DNA of 64,000 nucleotides from a virus (Duplodnaviria; Caudoviricetes): IMG/VR virus record IMGVR_UViG_3300012020_000005, positions 1 to 64,000 of that record; one strand, 5' to 3'. Shown piece by piece: positions 59,704 to 64,000 of this stretch (position 1 is its first letter; each line of letters starts with the position of its first letter). The notes under the pieces were generated by a model. It saw only the letters and a program-made list of their open reading frames with translations, ran no database searches and was not told where the DNA came from. The position numbers and the translations under genes were made by a program.

Positions 59704-62610
59704 CTAGGTAACTTTCTTTAATTTACCCATTTCAATTAAAGTTTTTATATATTTTGCTTTATCTTTTTCAGGCATATTATTTATTTTATCCGCCTCTGTC
59801 ATACCCATATTATTTGTAAACTTATAGCCACTGTCTTCAAACATTATATCTCCATTAACTACTTTTTGATTTTCATTTAAAGCGTTATATGCTTTCATTT
59901 TATTGAAGTTAAGAGTATTTAAAGCATTTTCCATATTATGATAATTATAATAATTTTGAAGATTTCTTTCAAATGCATTTTGTCCTGCAAAAACTTTTCC
60001 TTGATAATCAGTTATGTTTTTTGCTTGCATCATTCTATTTTTTGCTTCTGTATTTGCGTTGAATTGGTCTACTGCAAATTGATTATCTGCATTTTTTTGT
60101 GTTACATCTCCTACAATTTGATTAATGCTTTGTTGTCCACTAGCTAAAAGTTGTGCTTGCATTGCTGCTTTTTGTTCATCAGGTAAATATCCTAATTGAT
60201 TCAAGGCAGCCATTCTATTTCTAGCTTCTTCGACTAATATAGGAGATTGTGCTTTTGGCTCTAAATAAGGAAATCTAACATCTTCTTTGTAAACTGATTG
60301 TGGAGCAGAAGGCGGAATAATTATAGAATTTGAAAAGTCAGGAAATACAACTTTATTTCTTGTTATTGTTTCTGATTGTGGTGTGACATCTTCTACTTTA
60401 TCTTCAGGTTGTGTTACTTTTATAGCTTCTAATACGGCATTGTGAAATATTCCAGGTTTTGTGTCTTTTGCTAATTCTTTTATTCTCTCATATCTTGCTT
60501 TTCCTGTTAAACCTTTTAATTGACTTTTTACGTTTTCAGCATATTGCCCACTATAATTAGTTAAATATTCATCTATTTTCTTAGCTTTCTCCTCGGTATC
60601 CATAGATTTGTCTACTAAGGGTTTCCAAAGATTTTTATAGTTATCTCCTTTCCAAATATCTTTATTTACTTTAAGCACTGATTTGTAAGGTAGCCATGTT
60701 GCATCACTTGGAGTATTTGTATAGTCTGTTTCAGGGTTAGTGTCTACTGTTGTTCCTTGTTGTGCTTTCATGGTTGCTAATTCCATAGCTCTTTCAGGGG
60801 ATATTCCATATTTATTGGCTAATTCTACAATCTTACCCCCCTCTTGTGCTGTATTATATTCTGTACTAGTTTTTGGTATTTTTTCTTGTTCTTTAAACAA
60901 CATATCAAAAATAGCTTTTCTTGTTTCTAAAAGAGGTTCTTTTTTAGCTTCTATATCTATTAATTGTTTTGAGATGAATTCTTTATTTAGATTTTGAGTT
61001 GTTTCATCTACATCTTCTTTATCTAATACTTTTTCAGCTTTTTTGGCAATATCTGCTTGTTCTTCATTTAAACTTTTAATTCCTAGTTTAGATGTAGCTT
61101 TATCTAACACTGTTGCAAATGTATCTTTAGCAGAAACTTTAAATCCAAATTTTTCTGAAAACATTTTAGCATTTTCTACCCCTACTTTTGTATGGTCTGA
61201 AAGTATCTCTGTTCCATTGGGTAGATTTACAGGTGTTCCTCCATCTTCATGTGGTTTTCCTAAAGCTTCTTGAATTTCTCCTGTTTCTCCGTCTTTTGTT
61301 ATCTCTCCTTTTTCTATCTCTACATTACTATTTTCTCTGTCTGTTGGTAATTTATATTCCCCTGTTATTAAATCAGCTACCGTTTTACCTCCCTCTTCCA
61401 TTTGTGCAATACCATTGTTAGAAGTAATACCTTTATTCCTATTCATATACTGAATATAATTTGGCATACGTTTAAATTCATTTTCTATTTCGGCTTGTGG
61501 TTTTATATAATCTACTGTTCCGTCTTTATAATAAACTTTTGTGTATAATTGATTATCAGGTAAATTGCCCTCTCTCATTCCATTAGTTGAAACATTATAT
61601 TTTATATCAGCAATAGGTTTTTGTATATTATCATACCCATTAACCATATCTCCGCCTTGTTGTTTTTTAGATTGCTCATACATTGAAAAAGCAATAGCTA
61701 TATTTTGCTTATGACTTCTCCCTGAATTTTCATGTTCTAATTTTCGTATTTTTTTAGAAATCCAATCATCTTTACCCCCTTGTTGAGCCAATTCATAATC
61801 GTTTTGATAGCCGTAGATTTTATCTTTTGCTTCTTTAGTTACCCTCTTTTCTTCTTTTCCCAACCCGTACCCCGATAAAGTGTTTCTTAAAAGACCTAAT
61901 CCTCCTCCCACAAGTCCTAAAATACCATTTTGAGTATTTCCTTTTCCTAATTGATATGCTCCATAATTTAGCATATCTATTTGACTATTTGGGTTAAAAT
62001 ACGTCAATTTATCTACATAGTTTTTTTCAGATGTGTCAATAGGATTTCCATTTTCATCATAGTTGTTTGTCATAGTATTTTGAATCCTATTCTCCGCCAT
62101 TCTTTTTTTCATTTCATCACTAGGAATATAAGTTTCTTGACTCATATCATTTGGGTCTAAACCTATTCCTTGTTGTGGTTTAGCTTGATAAGTATTGTAA
62201 GTATTTAAAGATTGTTGGGTTGGATAATTTAAATCATTTTGAGGATTATTACCATACCAAGTACCTGCTTGTTGCATCATCTCTTGCTGTGGAGATTGCA
62301 TTTGTTGAATGACTCCTTGTACAATTTGTGTGGCTTGATTAGGGTCTAATCCCATACTAACTAATTGTTGTAATACTTGTTGAGGGTCTGCTCCTGACTG
62401 TAACGCTTGCGCCACTTGTTGAGCTATTTGATTCATATCCATTTCTCCTCTTTCTTCCTGTGGATTAGAGTTTGCACCTTCAACTTGCTCTTCTTGTTGA
62501 GATTGAATTCCACCTTGTTGAGATTTTTCCATATTCATCATTCTGCACATCATTTCAGCCTGTGATTTAGAATATCCTTGAGCTACTAATTTTTTTATGT
62601 GGTCTTTCAT
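59704..62610 (-). CDS. large (968 aa) putative internal virion protein
   Basis: Gln-rich N-terminus, repeated QQGG/EEGG, EIEKGE...GKPHEDGGTPV motif. Confidence 0.55.
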   Translation of the reverse strand: MKDHIKKLVAQGYSKSQAEMMCRMMNMEKSQQGGIQSQQEEQVEGANSNPQEERGEMDMNQIAQQVAQALQSGADPQQVLQQLVSMGLDPNQATQIVQGVIQQMQSPQQEMMQQAGTWYGNNPQNDLNYPTQQSLNTYNTYQAKPQQGIGLDPNDMSQETYIPSDEMKKRMAENRIQNTMTNNYDENGNPIDTSEKNYVDKLTYFNPNSQIDMLNYGAYQLGKGNTQNGILGLVGGGLGLLRNTLSGYGLGKEEKRVTKEAKDKIYGYQNDYELAQQGGKDDWISKKIRKLEHENSGRSHKQNIAIAFSMYEQSKKQQGGDMVNGYDNIQKPIADIKYNVSTNGMREGNLPDNQLYTKVYYKDGTVDYIKPQAEIENEFKRMPNYIQYMNRNKGITSNNGIAQMEEGGKTVADLITGEYKLPTDRENSNVEIEKGEITKDGETGEIQEALGKPHEDGGTPVNLPNGTEILSDHTKVGVENAKMFSEKFGFKVSAKDTFATVLDKATSKLGIKSLNEEQADIAKKAEKVLDKEDVDETTQNLNKEFISKQLIDIEAKKEPLLETRKAIFDMLFKEQEKIPKTSTEYNTAQEGGKIVELANKYGISPERAMELATMKAQQGTTVDTNPETDYTNTPSDATWLPYKSVLKVNKDIWKGDNYKNLWKPLVDKSMDTEEKAKKIDEYLTNYSGQYAENVKSQLKGLTGKARYERIKELAKDTKPGIFHNAVLEAIKVTQPEDKVEDVTPQSETITRNKVVFPDFSNSIIIPPSAPQSVYKEDVRFPYLEPKAQSPILVEEARNRMAALNQLGYLPDEQKAAMQAQLLASGQQSINQIVGDVTQKNADNQFAVDQFNANTEAKNRMMQAKNITDYQGKVFAGQNAFERNLQNYYNYHNMENALNTLNFNKMKAYNALNENQKVVNGDIMFEDSGYKFTNNMGMTEADKINNMPEKDKAKYIKTLIEMGKLKKVT

Positions 62611-63647
62611 TTTATTTTAGTTATTTCTTTTAAAAACTGTTTTTCTTTTTCTGTTAGAGGTGTCTCTATCACCTTACTTGCCTCTTTAAATATGTGATTT
62701 GTTTCGGGCATCATCAATCGTCTCTCCCCTGTTTCAGGAGCGTAACCGTATAGAGGTTCTCTAACTCCTTGCATAGTTATATTATTGGAATTTATTTGCA
62801 CAGGTTTACCCCAATTCTCCGAGTTCCAATATCCCATATTATCAATCTTTATGCCTTGTTGAGCCAAAATTGGAGACTCCACGAAATTACTTATATCATT
62901 ATAATCATAACTTTGTGATTGTATTTGTGAACTTTGCTCTTCTTCTATAGGTTTATATAACTCTGCTATTTTTTGTTCTTGTTCTGAAAATAATTCTGTT
63001 AGAAAATCTTCTTCTTTTTGTTTTTCTTGTAATACTTTTAATGCCTGAGTTGCTTCTGTTTCTTTTTCAGATTTTTCTTCTTCAAATGTTATTCCTTCAG
63101 CACTATTAGAAAAATCAATGTTTTGCATTGGGTTTATGTAAGGAGCAACACTATTTGCATAAGTAGGTGAATCTTCCATCTTTTTATTTGCCCAATCGTA
63201 GACTTGCTTTGTTGTTTTAATAGAGCCGTCTTTATTATAAAATATGCTTTTATTTGCCTGTAAAGCTTTAGGAGATATATAGTAGTCTACTGGCATATTT
63301 TCATCCTTTTTATAAGCTTTAAATAAGTTTCCTGCTCCTTTTATACCTAAAAAATGACCTAAATATCTTTCTGAATCTGTTAAATCTCTTCCTACTATTG
63401 GTTTTAATTGTTTTTCATTATCCTGTGTAAAAAGCCTCATTACTTTTTCTGCTTTTTCAGGATTAAATCTATCATTTAAAGTATATCCTAAATTATATTT
63501 ATTTACCACCTCTTTCCAAGTACTGTCTGTAAACTGCCAAAGTCCTGATGCTGAACTAGTTTTAGCCTTTGCATAAGGATTTCCGCTAGATTCAGCACTA
63601 CTTGTTTTTTGTAAATAATTATAATATGGGTCGTTTACATCTGCCAT
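62607..63647 (-). CDS. virion-associated lytic transglycosylase/lysozyme-like protein
   Basis: AESSGNPYAK..SSASGLWQFTDSTW...DRFNP, YLGHFLG. Confidence 0.8.
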   Translation of the reverse strand: MADVNDPYYNYLQKTSSAESSGNPYAKAKTSSASGLWQFTDSTWKEVVNKYNLGYTLNDRFNPEKAEKVMRLFTQDNEKQLKPIVGRDLTDSERYLGHFLGIKGAGNLFKAYKKDENMPVDYYISPKALQANKSIFYNKDGSIKTTKQVYDWANKKMEDSPTYANSVAPYINPMQNIDFSNSAEGITFEEEKSEKETEATQALKVLQEKQKEEDFLTELFSEQEQKIAELYKPIEEEQSSQIQSQSYDYNDISNFVESPILAQQGIKIDNMGYWNSENWGKPVQINSNNITMQGVREPLYGYAPETGERRLMMPETNHIFKEASKVIETPLTEKEKQFLKEITKIK

Positions 63648-63648
63648 C

Positions 63649-64000
63649 TTACTCTACTTTATCTGTTAAAACAACGTTTTTCAACATTATTTGATGTTGA
63701 CTATCATCTTCGTTTATTAATCTAACTAAAAAATATTCTCCTTTTATTCTATCTAATCTTGGAGATTTCTTAAAGTTTACAATATTACTATTTATTTTTT
63801 TATCTACAAAATTTTTATCGTTAATCCATTGTTCTACGTTTCCATCTTGGTTTATTACTCTATTGAAAAAGTAGTTGAAAGTATGATAGCCATTAAAAGA
63901 ACTATAAGAAATAGTTTGTGTGTTTTTATCTGTTGAAGTTATTGGATAATTTCTTATGTCATTTAAGTTTTTTTGCGCCACCAATTTTAAAAATCCTGAA
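63649..64000 (-). CDS. 3' end of a probable structural (tail) gene, truncated by the window edge
   Basis: Frame is open to position 64000; lies upstream of the cargo module. Confidence 0.5.
   Translation of the reverse strand, partial: SGFLKLVAQKNLNDIRNYPITSTDKNTQTISYSSFNGYHTFNYFFNRVINQDGNVEQWINDKNFVDKKINSNIVNFKKSPRLDRIKGEYFLVRLINEDDSQHQIMLKNVVLTDKVE

Noticed and set aside
1-64000. Genome-wide stop-codon reassignment as in some crAss-like phages
   Set aside because: Long ORFs are intact in the standard code, and TGA and TAG both end well-defined genes.
1-64000. Antisense ORFs in the six-frame track (for example 1095-1373, 18922-19188, 38911-39138, 51795-52181)
   Set aside because: They lie opposite longer motif-bearing genes and are best explained as shadow ORFs.
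1-64000. tRNA or rRNA genes
   Set aside because: No cloverleaf, T-loop or rRNA-like sequence recognised by eye; tRNAscan-SE would settle it.

Overview
This 64-kb window is AT-rich, gene-dense DNA from a tailed dsDNA phage that probably infects Bacteroidota. The host call rests on repeated TTG(C/T)-...-TAnnTTTG promoters with a fixed 23-bp offset. Bases 1-34.3 kb are coded on the + strand: many small hypothetical genes, replication and nucleotide genes (PolB-like exonuclease, PD-(D/E)XK nuclease, MazG-like pyrophosphatase, SF4 helicase, family A DNA polymerase, VirE-N primase-like protein, metallophosphoesterase) and homing endonucleases. Bases 34.3-64 kb are coded on the - strand: a small-gene block and a module of very large putative virion-injected proteins, including an ART-PolyVal ADP-ribosyltransferase domain and an SLT/lysozyme domain, interrupted by a GIY-YIG gene and a tnpB-only element. 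The main finding is at 16.37-24.82 kb: a tandem array of 14 integron-like cassettes separated by attC-like hairpins (TAAC...stem-loop...GTT, 55-137 bp). Each cassette is bracketed by its own near-perfect inverted repeat (mostly 14-22 bp). Six cassettes carry DNA methyltransferases, one is empty, and five genes take their start codon from the upstream hairpin. No integrase is present in the window. All calls come from reading motifs by eye; no database search was run.
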